Positions 43,361 through 55,426 of a stretch of 64,000 nt of DNA are shown here, one piece after another. This DNA comes from Lama glama (taxonomy: Eukaryota): NCBI GenBank assembly GCA_028534125.1, contig CM052816.1, positions 19,344,001-19,408,000 of the forward strand. Reading direction: 5' to 3'. Under the pieces are notes generated by a model. That model saw nothing but the letters and a program-made list of their open reading frames with translations. It ran no database searches and was not told the origin of the DNA. How positions within the stretch are numbered: the stretch's first letter is position 1; each line of letters opens with the position of its first letter. The position numbers were made by a program, and so were the translations under genes.

Positions 43361-46300
43361 TGTTACTACTCCAGCACTTTTCTAGAGGGGAAAGGCCAAT
43401 GTCATTTGCACTTCAAGCAGCATTGCCTATCTGACACACTCACCAAAAGAAACAACCCTGAACATGTCTTACATGCTGGAGGAGGGTAGCTCCGAAAGAA
43501 AAAAATTTTTCTAAAATCATCATGGACACTTTATTTAAGAGACTTGAGCCAGGCAAACCATTCCTCAAATCTACTCTAAAATCTAAGGCAAGTAAAACAG
43601 CAGGGAAATACAGTGTAATGCACGTGACGACTAATATTCAGAACCAAGTCAAGGAGCCTGGGAGCTGTTCTGAGTGCACTGTGCACACTGATGGTACCCA
43701 GGATCCCTGTGTGTGATGAGTGTGAGCAGGGTTCCACATCTGACTCCTGGAATTCATCATGACAGGGGCTTGATGGGCCCTTCCCTGGTAATGTGCTGTT
43801 GATCATGAGTCTTACGTTCAATTGCCTCTGCACCTGCCTCTGGGAAGAATGGAGTCTCCTCCACAAAGCCCCAGACAGAGAGGCTCAGCCGGTGCACAGC
43901 TACTTCTGGGAACCATACCACAGTCACAGAGAGCCCACGTCCCCACAACACACTTCCTCACATCCCTGGAGCCCTGGCAGGAGCTCTGCCCCTACTCTGC
44001 CTTCCTTCTTTCCCGTGGGCTGTTGCCACCCACACCAAAGGCCAGCCCAACAAGCTCATGCGCTGGAGAATTCAGACATCTCCCTGAGCGATGACCACCC
44101 CCATCCCTGGGCTCCCATGCCTCCCTCCCCAGGGCAGTCCCAAGCCCTGCTTCCTGCCAAAGGCCGTCAACGGAGGCTGCCCTCAGCAGGCAGACCACAG
44201 CCCCTCCCAACACAGCCAGCACAGCACCCAGGAACAGTGTCCGCAAGGCCAGCCAGGCCACTGAAGTGCCCTGGAGCCCACACCTTATAATTAGTCCATG
44301 GGCCCGGGCTGGGGACAAAGACCTAGAGAAGCCAGCAAACGGGATACATGCATTAAAACTGGGTCTCCATGCCAAGTGTACCACTTAATTACATAGCCCA
44401 GGTCCTCTCCTCTCCCATGAACTCTCACCCCAGCCTGTGACGATACAAAAGAGGGATTAAAGACTGCCTGCCGCAGGCCTGCAAGGCCAAGTCTGCATCC
44501 TGAAAGCAGAGGCCAGGATACCCAGAGCCAGAAGGAGTGCCCCTCCACTGTCCCCCATGAGAAGAGGTGGGCAGGTGTTCAGCAACCATGACTGGCGAGA
44601 AATTCTGAGTCTATTTCCACAGTGCCTCACACAAGGAAGGCCTGCTAGCACAGGGAAGAAGCCAGGCCTCTGGATGGCCCCAGCACCTGCCATCCTCTTG
44701 CCCAGCTCAGGCCTTGCTGTATGGTGGCCACAGCCCCAGAGGGCGGCCACATATCTCGCATTGCCATCTTCTCTGCAGCTGAGGCCGGGTCACCTAGGCA
44801 GAGTAAGCCACCCAGTTGAGATGGTCTCTGCCTGAGACCACGACCTGACAGGCGTGGCTCTCCCCTAAGCCAATCACTTATACTCCCCAACACTCGGTGT
44901 CAGGGAAGTCATGGCCCCCGCAAACTACATCTGGAAAAACCTATGATCTCCTCCTAAAGATTCGTGGCAGCGAGCCTCAGAGAAACCCATGGCAAGACCC
45001 AGTGCTGCTTCTGCTAAGATGTGCTGGCCCCGGGGCAGGGCAGCTGGCAAAGGCTCTTGTTACTATGGACTAGTATTCTGTTTGCACAGTTTCACCCCAA
45101 TGCTCTAGAATGCACCCCCAATCCCAGCCCATGTGCCTAAAGGCAAAGCTAGGGATCCCAGCCTTTCAGGATCTAGCCTAGTTTGGGAGTTAAAATTCAT
45201 GGCCAAGACTCACAGTAACAGAAGCACAATTTCTCAAACTGAAATGGGTGGTTCCAATGGCGTGGGTTAGGAGAAGGGAAGGAGCAGAGCAGGACAGGCC
45301 AGTCAAGGAAGGGTCTGCCAAAGGGCAGGGCCTCCCAGCTTTGCCCCTGCCCTGCCATGAAGAAGCAGATTAGCCCAGGAGGACAGGAAGATGCAGGGTC
45401 CGACACATGTCCCACCCACCCCTGCTGCACAGCACCCACAAACCTGGTGGGCCTGCACACCCGCCAGCCTCCAGGATGGACAGCAACAGAGCCTGGGTTG
45501 CAGATTTGAGCAATGGGCCTCTGGGCTGGCAGCAGGGGAAAACCCCCACGTTGAGGGCGATCAGACCCCTCAGCCCCTAAGCCCTACTTGAGGCCCTCGC
45601 CATGCCGCCTTTGATGTGCCCACCATCTCGGCAGCCCTGAGACCCTCCCCACATTCCTGGCCATGCTGACATCTCAGCTCTGCACCTGTGCTGTCTGTCA
45701 CAACGATCAGGGCCTGGTGGGCGCCCCCAGTCAGACCCCCCGAGGCTGTGACGGGCACACCAAGCCTGGGGAGCAGAGACTCGCCAGGACCACACAGCCA
45801 GCACTTTTCACTGCCCCAGCATCTACGCGGCTGGCCCTGCTGGCGGACACCACAGCAAGGATGGGAACTCTGGGCTGGCAACCTGTTGCCTGGGGGCTGG
45901 GCCACTCTAAGAGCCAAAGAAGCACCAGAAACACCAAATTAGCTCCATCCACTAGAGAGTGTGGCAAAGCATCATTTCACCTGTCATAACAATAGCAATA
46001 AAATAAACTCCTCAGGGCCTCGGTTTCCACATCTGTGAAATGGTCACAGTTGAAAGCCCCACCTGAGAGAGAAAGGAGGAGACCGTGCAGGGGAGTGACA
46101 GCACACTGCTCAGAACACACGTGTGGCTCCCCGTCTAGGACTCCTTGTTAGTAGGCTCTGATTCTCGTGTATGTGTCTCCTGTCTGTGGCTAAGATTAAG
46201 TGACCAAATTTGGGAACAAATTACTGTTTTTATGGATTTAGAGCAGAGTTAAGGAAGTTCCTATAACAACATTCGTTTCATCACCAGCTTCCCAATTTGC

Positions 46301-46464
46301 TTTCCTGAGTGACAAGGAAAAGGTAGAGCATCAAGAGAGTAGGGGTAGTGGGAGACTTGGCCATTCCTGGGGAAGGCAAGGCACCAGGGAAAATAGCCCC
46401 CAAGCTGCACTTCCCGGCACAGGGCAGCCTCCACCTCACCAGAAGGCAGGCAGGCTGCCCTGTG

Positions 46465-46630
46465 ATAAGAAGCCTGGTCTAGGCTCAGATCAGCTGGCTT
46501 CAAATTTCAGTCCCACTGCTTCCCTGCTGCAAGCTACTGAACCTCACTGCCTCAATGTTCATACCTCTCAAATGGGAATATCAACAGCACCTGCTTCTTT
46601 GGGTTGTATATGTGTAAAGGAGAGTGTGTA
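46465..46630 (+). mobile_element. MIR SINE
   Basis: ctggcttcaaatttcagtcccactgct...tactgaacctcactgcctcaatgttcatacctctcaaatgggaata. Confidence 0.6.
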
Positions 46631-47681
46631 AAGGCTGTGGCAGAGGGTCTGGCTCACACCCAACCCAGTGCATGCTCCCCACCCCATCAGCACCATTCCA
46701 CCCACAGAAGGGCCTGTGTCGGGGCAGCCAGTCTCCAAGGTGTGGCCATAGGGAGGCTGGCACCCCACCCCTGGGCCTAGGGGCAAAGCCCCACCATCAG
46801 ATGGGGATGAAGATGCTGCCTCCACTCTTCACCACCCCATTCCCAATCCCAACCAATCTCTGCTCAGGGCTCTTTTGGGGAGTGGGACGTCAGAGACAGG
46901 GAAGTCAGAGAGAGCAAGGAGGAAACCCAGTCACGTGTAAGGTTTCTAGAACTGTCCCCCCAAATGGTAGCAGGTCCAGGGTTCTGGGGGACTTCAACAG
47001 AATGGGCTGAGGCTACTGGGAGAAGAGTCCAGGGTACCAAAGTGGGGTCAGCCGGAGTTAGAGCCACATCCAAGCTTGCCCCTGAGTTTCTCTGCCCAGC
47101 CAGGAAGCAGCTGCCCCAAAAGGGTCCTGATAGCTGAAGACTCTACCCTGAACAGACCCCAGAAACACTCATACCCCAAGCCTCAGTCTCCTCAACTACA
47201 AAATGGGCAACAGCCACTCCTTACCTCTTCTCCCAGGGCAGTAAATCATATGAAAGGAGGCAGCAAGACCTTGAGACTCACCCAGTCAGCATCCTGACTG
47301 CAGGGCCATCTCTCTGCAGCCACTGGCCTGGGCACCAGTTGAGGCCAGGGACCCTGTGCAGGGCAGCAGGAGTAAATGCTCTCCAGTCCTGCCCCAGCTC
47401 TTCAAAGCCCACCCCAGGTCTTCAAGCAGTGCAGAATGGACACAGGAGCCCAGCAGAGAAACTGGGGAGGGAAGGAAAGTGAACAGCCACCCAGAGCATT
47501 CACAGCCAAGGCCCAGCAGGCACCAGGAATGATGGGGAGGCCACAGCCAAACTCAGAAGCAACCCTCAGCCTCACTGGCAGGATGACTCTGGACCATGTG
47601 GTCCCTCTGACCAGGGAGACAAGAGCAAACATGAGACACACTTCTAAAGTGTGTTCAAAGAAAATTCCACTCTGAAGACCA

Positions 47682-47815
47682 CTTTCTGAGGGGGAGCTGG
47701 ATGGTAATTAGGTTTATTTACCTATTTGTTTTATTGGAGGTACTGGGGATTGAACCCAGGGCCATGTGCATGCTAAGCAAGCACACACTCTACCACTGAG
47801 CTAGACCCTCCCTTC
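47682..47815 (-). mobile_element. Camelid tRNA-derived SINE (Vic-1-like)
   Basis: Plus strand ggtaattaggtttattta...ggggattgaacccagg...ctctaccactgagcta; TSD ctgaagacca at 47672-47681 and 47816-47825. Confidence 0.9.
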
Positions 47816-47879
47816 CTGAAGACCATTCTAAGAGGATGCCCAGGCTGTATGGTCCTCACCAAACTGCTGACATCAGTAT

Positions 47880-48090
47880 CATCCCTGTGCCAATTATTTG
47901 TAGCGTGCCTACTGTGTGCCAGGACTACATCATTTCATTCAACTAGCACTAAAGGCAAGTATTCGTATGACCCTCATTTTACAAAGAAAGAAGACAAGGC
48001 TCAGAGAGGTGAAGTGACTAACCCCAAGTCATACAGCCAAGAAGCGGCAAAGTCACTGACTCCAGAGTCTGCACCGAGGCACCCGGACCA
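47880..48090 (-). mobile_element. MIR SINE
   Basis: gcctactgtgtgccagg...cctcattttacaaag...aggctcagagaggtgaagtgactaaccccaagtcatacagc. Confidence 0.75.
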
Positions 48091-48865
48091 CCTAGCCCAG
48101 CCCTTCCCTCACTGTGGCCGTGAAAACCAGACGGGCAAGGGGCCCTCAGCAGGCGAGTGGGCAAGACAGACGGCAGGTCAGCGCGAGCCCAACTCCAAGC
48201 ACAAGCCTTAAAACCAAACAGATCGAAATCCAAATCTTAGGTCTACCACCTGCTAGCTCTCAGCTTCCTCCAAAAATGGGGGTGCTCTGGTAGCAAGCTC
48301 TCAGGGGGCTGTTGTGAGGTTTAAAGCACCCTGCAGGCCTGAGTGTGTCCGCGCACAGTAAATGTGGGGCTTTCCCACTATTCAAGAAACTTCTCTCTGA
48401 CCATCCTACCTTGTGCCCAAACAGCAGCAGGCTCTCAGGAAGGTGGGGGTCTATTCTTGCTGCTCCTCCAAGAGGCAGCACCAGTCCATCTGTGCTCCAT
48501 CGGGCTAATGAGCCGCTTCCATCTTCCTCTCAGTCCCCATAGTGGGGCTCTGTGGCCCAGCACACCAGCGGATTCACCAAATGCCACAAACCTCATTTAA
48601 CAAAGCTGCAAGCACATATTTGTCATAACTCCCTGGATCTAATTTTCCCAACAAGCAGAAGAGGGAAGGAGCAAGGCCAGCTGTCATCATCTCTCCAAGA
48701 TCCAAGCGTCTCAAGTCGTGGAGCAGCTTTGCCCCCAAACAGCTATGACTTGAGGGAAGTCACTGTCCTCTCTAGCTTGTGGCTCCCTTTCAAGAAAATG
48801 GGCAGCTGGACTGGGCCAGGACATGGCAGTCCAAGGGCTTCAGGCCTGCCCTACCCAGGGGAAGG

Positions 48866-49187
48866 CAGAGCTGTCCAACCGCAATATAAGGCAGGCCACC
48901 AACACAAGCCACATATGTCATTTTACATTTCCTACTAGCCACATTAAAAAAAATAAAAAGAAACATGTAAAATTAAATTTAATATCTTATTTCACCCAAG
49001 GTATAGAGAAATGGTTTTCAACACATAATCAATATTAAAAAGTTATTAGTGATATGTTAGAGCCTTGCTTTCACACTAAGTATCTGGAACCCTGGGTGTG
49101 CCTCACTGCACACCTCACCCTGGGCGCACCACATCTCAAGTGCTCCGTCCATCATGAGGCCAGCGGTTCCCCAACAGGATACGGCTG
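48866..49187 (+). mobile_element. MER33 hAT-Charlie DNA transposon, near full length
   Basis: cagagctgtccaa...agccacatatgtcattttacatttcctactagccacattaaaaaaa...ttcaacacataatcaatat...ccacatctcaagtgctc. Confidence 0.85.
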
Positions 49188-49299
49188 GTCTGACAGCAGC
49201 AGCCGGCATCCTCCTCCCTACACCGAAGTTTCCAAGTTTGAAACTGAATGCCTTGCTCTTTATTAAAAATAATTATAATTATCATGCATAAGGTTAATA

Positions 49300-49510
49300 A
49301 TTATGGTCATTTATTGAGTCCTTTCTATGCCTTAGACACATGCTTCACAATAATCACGTGAGGCAGGGTTTTTACAAAGGAGAAAACTGAGGCACAGAGA
49401 GGGCAAGTTATCTGCCCAAGGTCACACAGCTACTAAGTGGTAGAGGTGGGATTGGAACCCAGGCAGTCTGACCCCAGAGCCCTTGCTTCTAATCACGGCT
49501 CTACACTGCC
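49300..49510 (-). mobile_element. MIR SINE, well preserved
   Basis: aaaactgaggcacagagagggcaagttatctgcccaaggtcacacagctactaagtggtagaggtgggattggaacccaggcagtctgaccccagagccc. Confidence 0.9.
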
Positions 49511-49749
49511 TTCTCAGCCCCTCTCTTTCTGCACACCCACTTGAATACACCTCAGACTGTCAAGGAGGGCAGGGAATTGCAAGGAGAACAGCTTTGACCT
49601 GCTCCCTTCCTCCCCACCCACCCCCCTGCAGCCCCCCTCGACTTCCACAGCCCAACCTGGGACCCAGGCTCCACTCCAGCCCACGCTCACCCACCACCAC
49701 CTGAGAGAGCTGGCAGGATCAGCCCAAGGAGGAGCGACTTCATTCACAG

Positions 49750-50060
49750 GCTGGTAAAGGGGCTAATTAAAGACCCGGCCCACTCCCCCAGCCCCCAGGA
49801 CTGGGGAACCGAGCCNNNNNNNNNNNNNNNNNNNNNNNNNNNNNNNNNNNNNNNNNNNNNNNNNNNNNNNNNNNNNNNNNNNNNNNNNNNNNNNNNNNNN
49901 NNNNNNNNNNNNNNNNNNNNNNNNNNNNNNNNNNNNNNNNNNNNNNNTTTTTATATTTATTACACGTTTAACGGGAACTCCTAGAATCAACAGGGTGTAA
50001 ATAATGAAAACTAGGGCAGTAAAGGCCCCCATAAACCTCGCACCAGCCCTTTGATGCTCC
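49750..50060. promoter_or_regulatory. Candidate HOX/CDX-TCF-FOX enhancer surrounding an N-block
   Basis: CTAATTAA 49763, TTTATTAC 49956, TGTAAATA 49996, CCCATAAA 50028, CCTTTGATG 50048. Confidence 0.5.
49816..49947. other. N-block, 132 nt (gap or hard-masked segment)
   Basis: Run of n seen directly. Confidence 0.95.
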
Positions 50061-52539
50061 CTGCAAGCTCCAGTTTCTCCTTCCTCCCCAGACCCCATCC
50101 TCTGGCCCCGGAGCAAGCCCGGGAGGCTGGGGACCCTCAGCAAACCTATCCTTGGCTCCCAGAAGTGAGGCTCATCTGTCAGCAGCCAGGGCTGTGCCAT
50201 TGGCAGAGCAGCCCACTGAACACACTAACTAAGAAAGGGCCTACTATGTGCTTGGCCAGTGCCAGTGCTCATAGGAGCTCAGCCAGGAGAAGACCTGATG
50301 AGGGCTTCCCCTCCCGGCAAGCCCCGTGGCCTCTGATGGCTCTCGGGTCCCAGCGCCAGCCCCAGCAGCACAGACTCACACGGGAACATCACGTTCCCAA
50401 GGCTCACTGGGAACCAAAAGTCCACAGGTCTCTAGAGAAAGTGTTCCATCCACAAATACTGACATCTGTGGCTCTGTGGCATCCTGGCCCTGTGTGCCCA
50501 CAGAAAGCTCCCAGGGCCCTGTCAGCACCCCAAGCCCGACTTCCCCTTGTATCACCCACAGGACAAAATCAAGGACCTTACATTCTGTCCCAGGCAGGAG
50601 CGCAGAGGCACAGAGAAGGGAAGAGACCAATCCAGAGAGTGGATGCCAGTGAGTGGCAGAACCAAGGCCAGTCTCAAGGCTAGAGACCCGTAGTCAGGGA
50701 AAGAGACCCAGGCTGAGGCCCTCCCCAGGCAGCAGTTGTTTTCTACACATGTCAACAGCAGCCGCACTACATCTGCCTGTGCGGGACCCCAGAAAGCGGG
50801 GACTCCATTCCTGACAGCCCAACCCTCTCCGTTCTGGGTCACAATGCATGCTGAGCCCAAACCTTCTTCTCCACACTCAGGCCCAGCCATCTGCTGTCTC
50901 CCTCTCACATGGACGCTTCTCACACACCTGGACATTCCCAGATCCCAGAGCAATCCCCACGTGACAAAGTGCCCATCTCCTCATAACACCCGGCTGCCCG
51001 TGCCTCTTACAACGAGGCATCACCCTCAGAAGGACCCACTGTCCCCTCAACCAATCAAGACATGAAACACCTATTCTTGCATTTGGAAGTGGCCTTCATA
51101 GATGTTTATTAAGCAACCACGGCATGTGACAAGTTGACATCAACTTTGCAGCCAGAATCCTTGCTGCTGAGCCTGGTCTGTCCCACCTCAGACAGAATTC
51201 AGGAATTGATCTGAACCTAAACACAGGACTTTGCACTTATTCTTGATGAAGCCGTTTGCTGCTGCGGCCCCAGGGCACCACCCTAGCCTCCTCAGCACCC
51301 ACGTGGTCGAGAGCTGTCCTTTCCTGGCCCAGCAGCCTCACCCACCCATCGGCAAGACCACACAAGCTGCCTGTCCTGCTCAGACGCTCCCAGTCACTGA
51401 CCCGAATAACCTCCACGCATCTGCCTGCCCCACTGAGAGAGTCGTGGGGGCCCTAGAAGGGAGAAGTCTCTGCGGGGCCGCAGCCAGACAAGCGCGAGAG
51501 CGAAGGACGCAAAGCCGGCGGCTCTTCAGACACGAGTCAGGCTGGAGCCGTTCCTCTCCGGGGACAGATCAGGCGGCGCTCCTGCCTGCAGCTGCTCCAC
51601 CACCAGGAGATTCTTGTCTCTCAACCCTGATAATTATAGTCCCTGGTGCTCAGTTAACACCCGTGTCATTGCAGGGTGTTGGAACAAGCAGACTCTGAGC
51701 GAGGAAAATTAAACAAGAGCATTTGACAAGTGGCCCATCCCCTGTGGCACTGCGCAGAGCCAGGCCAAGGGGGACAGCGGCTGGGCCTCGCTGGGCCACC
51801 TGGGAGGAGCCCGCACCTCAGGGCAGGAGGCAGGAGACTGCGGTAAGTAGGACAACCGCCTGTGCAGGAGAAGCCAGGAGGGGGAAAGGGGGAACCACAG
51901 GGCCCTGGGGATGGGCAAGACGGGCAGGCCACTTAGGTGCCCGGTTCCTGGAGACTCGCTGTCCAGTGCTACAGCCACAGGGCAAATGCAGGGCACAGCG
52001 AGGCACCCTCAGGGGGAGGCCTGAGCAGGTGGAGACACCCAGCACCCCACTTCCACACGCTCGGAAGGTGAGCCTCCAGCGCCCCCCACCACTTCCTGAG
52101 GAAGCAGGTGGGGAGATAACAGGGTTCGTGGGGACCGTGCCCAGGACCTTCCCCGGCCCCACCGTCTCAGCCCAACCCAGCTCTCCCAGATCCAGGGAGC
52201 TGCAGCTCGAGACACTGGCTCTGAGCCTCACGGGCAGGGGCTGCCGAGGAGACTTCACCCATGCTACCCAGCCCCCAGCAGGCTCAACACCAAGCACTCG
52301 ACCTCCATCCCTGGCCCCACGAAAGCCCACAGTCCGCCAACAAACAGTAATGGGTGCCAGCGCACTGGGGCAACGCGCCGCAGAAAAGTGGTCTGCAGCA
52401 TCCTCCCTGCCCCCCAGCTCGGTCCTGCTCCTCACCATCTCCCCCGCGGGACCAAACTCAGGCCTCACACTGAGCACCAGAGACATGGCTGACTGAACTG
52501 GAACACCAGCATCGGGCCCCGCTGACCTGCTGCCAGTCC

Positions 52540-52700
52540 CCGCGCAAGCACTTTGCAGCCGCTCTTGTTATCCTGCCTAACAGTTGCTGCAACCATCCCA
52601 TTTTACAAGCGAGAAAACCGAGGAGGCCCTGAGAGGCTAAGTGGCTTGTCTAAAGTGGTAGATCCAGGATTCAAACCCAAGTCTGATCATCTCCAAATCC
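52540..52700 (-). mobile_element. MIR SINE
   Basis: atcccattttacaagcgagaaaaccgagg...gagaggctaagtggcttgtctaaag...caggattcaaacccaagtctga. Confidence 0.7.
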
Positions 52701-52806
52701 CAGAAGATATCTGAGGACAATCTGGGCTCTTGACAAAGGACACTCCAGGGAGACCCCCAGACAAGTCTCTCTGAGCCCCCACCCAGTTCGCAAGGCAGGC
52801 CCTGTT

Positions 52807-52818
52807 GGGGGGGGGGGG
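52807..52818. repeat. G12 homopolymer
   Basis: Twelve consecutive g. Confidence 0.9.
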
Positions 52819-53453
52819 CTGCTTGCCAACCATCTTCCCGTACCAAGCTATTGGGGAGTAGTGATGGCTCCCCCAAATCCCGCCCAAAGGCGCTGAACAG
52901 ACTTCAGCTTTCCAGCCCCCACCATGAGAGAAAACACATGTTTCCTGTACTCCCTCCCTCCTCAGGCTCTCCCAACATGCTGGAGATATTATTATTATTT
53001 ATTATTTGCTGAGTGCTGACAGCGTGCTGAGCATCAGGCCTGGGAGCCCAGGCCCTGCCAACATGGCTTACAGACAGCCAGCACGACACAGCTCCTCAGC
53101 CACCAAGATACACACACAGTTGCCAGGGCTGGCTGTTGGGGACCCAACCTCCAAGACCCTCCCCTTCTGTCCTCAGCCCCAGCAGCCCAGGCCCCTGGGC
53201 CTCTCAGACATCCCAGGAGGAAGCCATCTTTAGTCCACACAGCCAGACTTTCCAGGAGCTGAGCCCCATGAGGTGGGGGTAGAACTCACTCAGTGATGGG
53301 CTGGGGCAGAGCCTACAAAAACCAAGATGGCAGTGGCCCCAAGCCTCTTCTCTCCTGGGTACCCAGCTCATTCACACCTTCTTCCTAAGGAGAGAGGGCC
53401 AAGGCCAGAGAGCTCCTGGGGACATGGAAAATCCCAGGGCCCTGTCCTAGAAG

Positions 53454-53688
53454 CAGGGCCAGGGCCACGGTGGGTAAATGAGACCCAGACTTTAAAGGAC
53501 AGAAAATGTAAGGGAACCCAAAAAAATTCAGCAATCAAGATTAACAATATTCCACGCAATATTTTTAAAAATCAAAATTAAGGCCAAAATCCATGATGAT
53601 TACAATACCAAAACTTTAAGTAAAGACAAGGTCAGTATTAGTGATTTTTCTTTTGCCTCAGGCTCTAATATGCTCAACATGGCACTGC
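53454..53688 (+). mobile_element. MER96B-like hAT-Tip100 DNA transposon
   Basis: cagggccagg...aaaatgtaagggaacccaaaaaaattcagcaatcaagattaacaatatt...aaaaatcaaaattaa...aatccatgatga...ttgcctcaggctc...ggcactg. Confidence 0.7.
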
Positions 53689-54369
53689 TAAGAACCAAGC
53701 TCAGGAGGGATGCAGCTCCCCCAGACCATCCTCCGCACTGGAGGAGCCTCCATCATCCCACAGCAATGTCTCCCTGAGCGAGGACTCATAGAAGAGGTCA
53801 CTGTTCACCACTGAGGGCCTTCTTGGAGAAGGAAGTATCCGGAGGTCGGTGGAGCCTATGAACACCTAGGGGTGGGACGAGGAGACAAGGGACCTGTGCT
53901 GCATCTCAGATGTGGGTTACCAGCCTAGGGGCTCAGAAGCCACTGTCCCCTGCTGGGGACAAACCTGGCTGTCCCTCTCATGCCTATATCATTTCCCTCC
54001 CCAAAGTGTCCAACCCAGAGCCCCAGTGTGCTACAAAAAAAACCAGAGAAGCCCACCCTGGAGCAGGGGGACAAGCCAAGGTCAGGCAGGCCTTACAGTC
54101 AGGATTCATCCTTGTGGGGGGCCATGTCCAAATTGCCCAAAACACCTCAGCATCTATACCTTGTGACTAAGGCCACATGGACCCAGGTCTCCTGGGAAAC
54201 CTCCCAACCCCACCTCTCCTGTCGCCCCCACCACGCACCTTTATGCAGCTGGAAGGACCACACGTGAACCAGCCATGGTCCCCACCCTGGGCAGCAGGGG
54301 GGCCCAACCACCTTCCCCCATTGCCATTCCAGACACCCTGGCCTCAGTCCAGGCCTTTCTTCCCCCTCA

Positions 54370-54730
54370 GCTGAATCATCCTTTTATTCATCTCTTTCAC
54401 AAGCTCATGTTCACAGGCTCAGGCCCAGGCCCCAAGATGGCTTCAGAGATGGAACAGTCCTGCTCCACCTTCAGGTGCTCGTGGTCAGACAGAGGAGGCG
54501 AAGACAAGCACAGGCCTTGACAGCACAGGGAGGGGAACATGGGAGCCACCTAATCCAGCCAGAAGCAGCAGAGGGCAGGCAAGGGGGCAGGGTGGCTTTC
54601 CAGGGGGTTAACCCGGGGGTTAACCAGGGACAAGTTTGGAGTGAGGGTAGAGTGGAAGAGGGACGGCGTTCCAGGCAGAGCAAACAGGTATAAAGTCCCA
54701 AAGCAAGATGGAGCCTTGCAGGTTTAGGGA
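54370..54730 (-). mobile_element. L2 LINE fragment
   Basis: gagatggaacagtcctgctcc...gggagccacctaatccagcc...gttccaggcagagcaaacagg. Confidence 0.55.
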
Positions 54731-54922
54731 ACTACAGATACCAGAGTCCAGGTGTGGAAGGAGAGGCAGGATGAGGTATAGAGAGGCGGCCATCTGAGAA
54801 GGTTTTCCACACCCATTTCAGTTAGGGGAGTTTCCATGTTTGCAGGTCTTGTAGGGGAGCCCTTGGGAGCCAAGGAGAAACCCAAGTTTTCTTGTTCCTG
54901 GCTGTGGAGACCCCTAGGCCTC

Positions 54923-55426
54923 TGTGGACACAGTGATGACCCCAACTCGACCTGCCCCAAAGATGCCCATAGCCTAATCCCCAGAACCTTCAACTATGTA
55001 ATTTGTATGACAAAGGGGGTCTTCTGCAAATGTGACTAAGTTCAAGGGTCTGGAACTGGGGAAGTTATCCTGGACTGCCTGGTCTAATCCCACCAGCACT
55101 TAAAAGTGGGGAACATCTTCCAACTGTGGTGAGAAAGGGAAGTTATGATGGAAAGAGGCTTAGAGAAATGCGATGTCGCCAGCTTTGAAGATGGAGGAAG
55201 GGGCCACAAGCCAAGAAATGCAAGCAGCGTCTGGAAGCTAGGAAAAGCAGGGAAACCGACTTCCCCTAGAGCCTCTGGATGGAGCACAGCCCTGCCGGCA
55301 CCTTGACCTTAAGCCCAGTGAGGCCTCACCAACCCCTGACTTGCAGAATCGTGAGAAGGTAAATTCGTGTTGCCTTAAGCCCCTAAGTCTCCTGTAATGT
55401 CTCACAGCAAGGAGAGAAAACTGACA
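54923..55426 (+). mobile_element. ERVL-MaLR solo LTR, MLT1D-like, near full length
   Basis: ccccaaagatgccca...cctaatccccagaacct...gctttgaagatggaggaaggggccacaagccaagaaatgc...agccctgccggcaccttga...taaattcgtgttg...gaaaactgaca. Confidence 0.85.

Noticed and set aside
36747-47815. Inverted SINE pair as a dsRNA/A-to-I editing substrate
   Set aside because: The copies are short, visibly diverged and about 11 kb apart, so pairing is unlikely.
48366-48375. Isolated NF-kB consensus sites (GGGGCTTTCC here, GGGAGTTTCC at 54826-54835)
   Set aside because: Several such matches are expected by chance in 64 kb, and there is no supporting context.
51723-52496. Overlapping 257-aa (+) and 222-aa (-) ORFs
   Set aside because: High GC suppresses stops on both strands; low-complexity composition and no domain.
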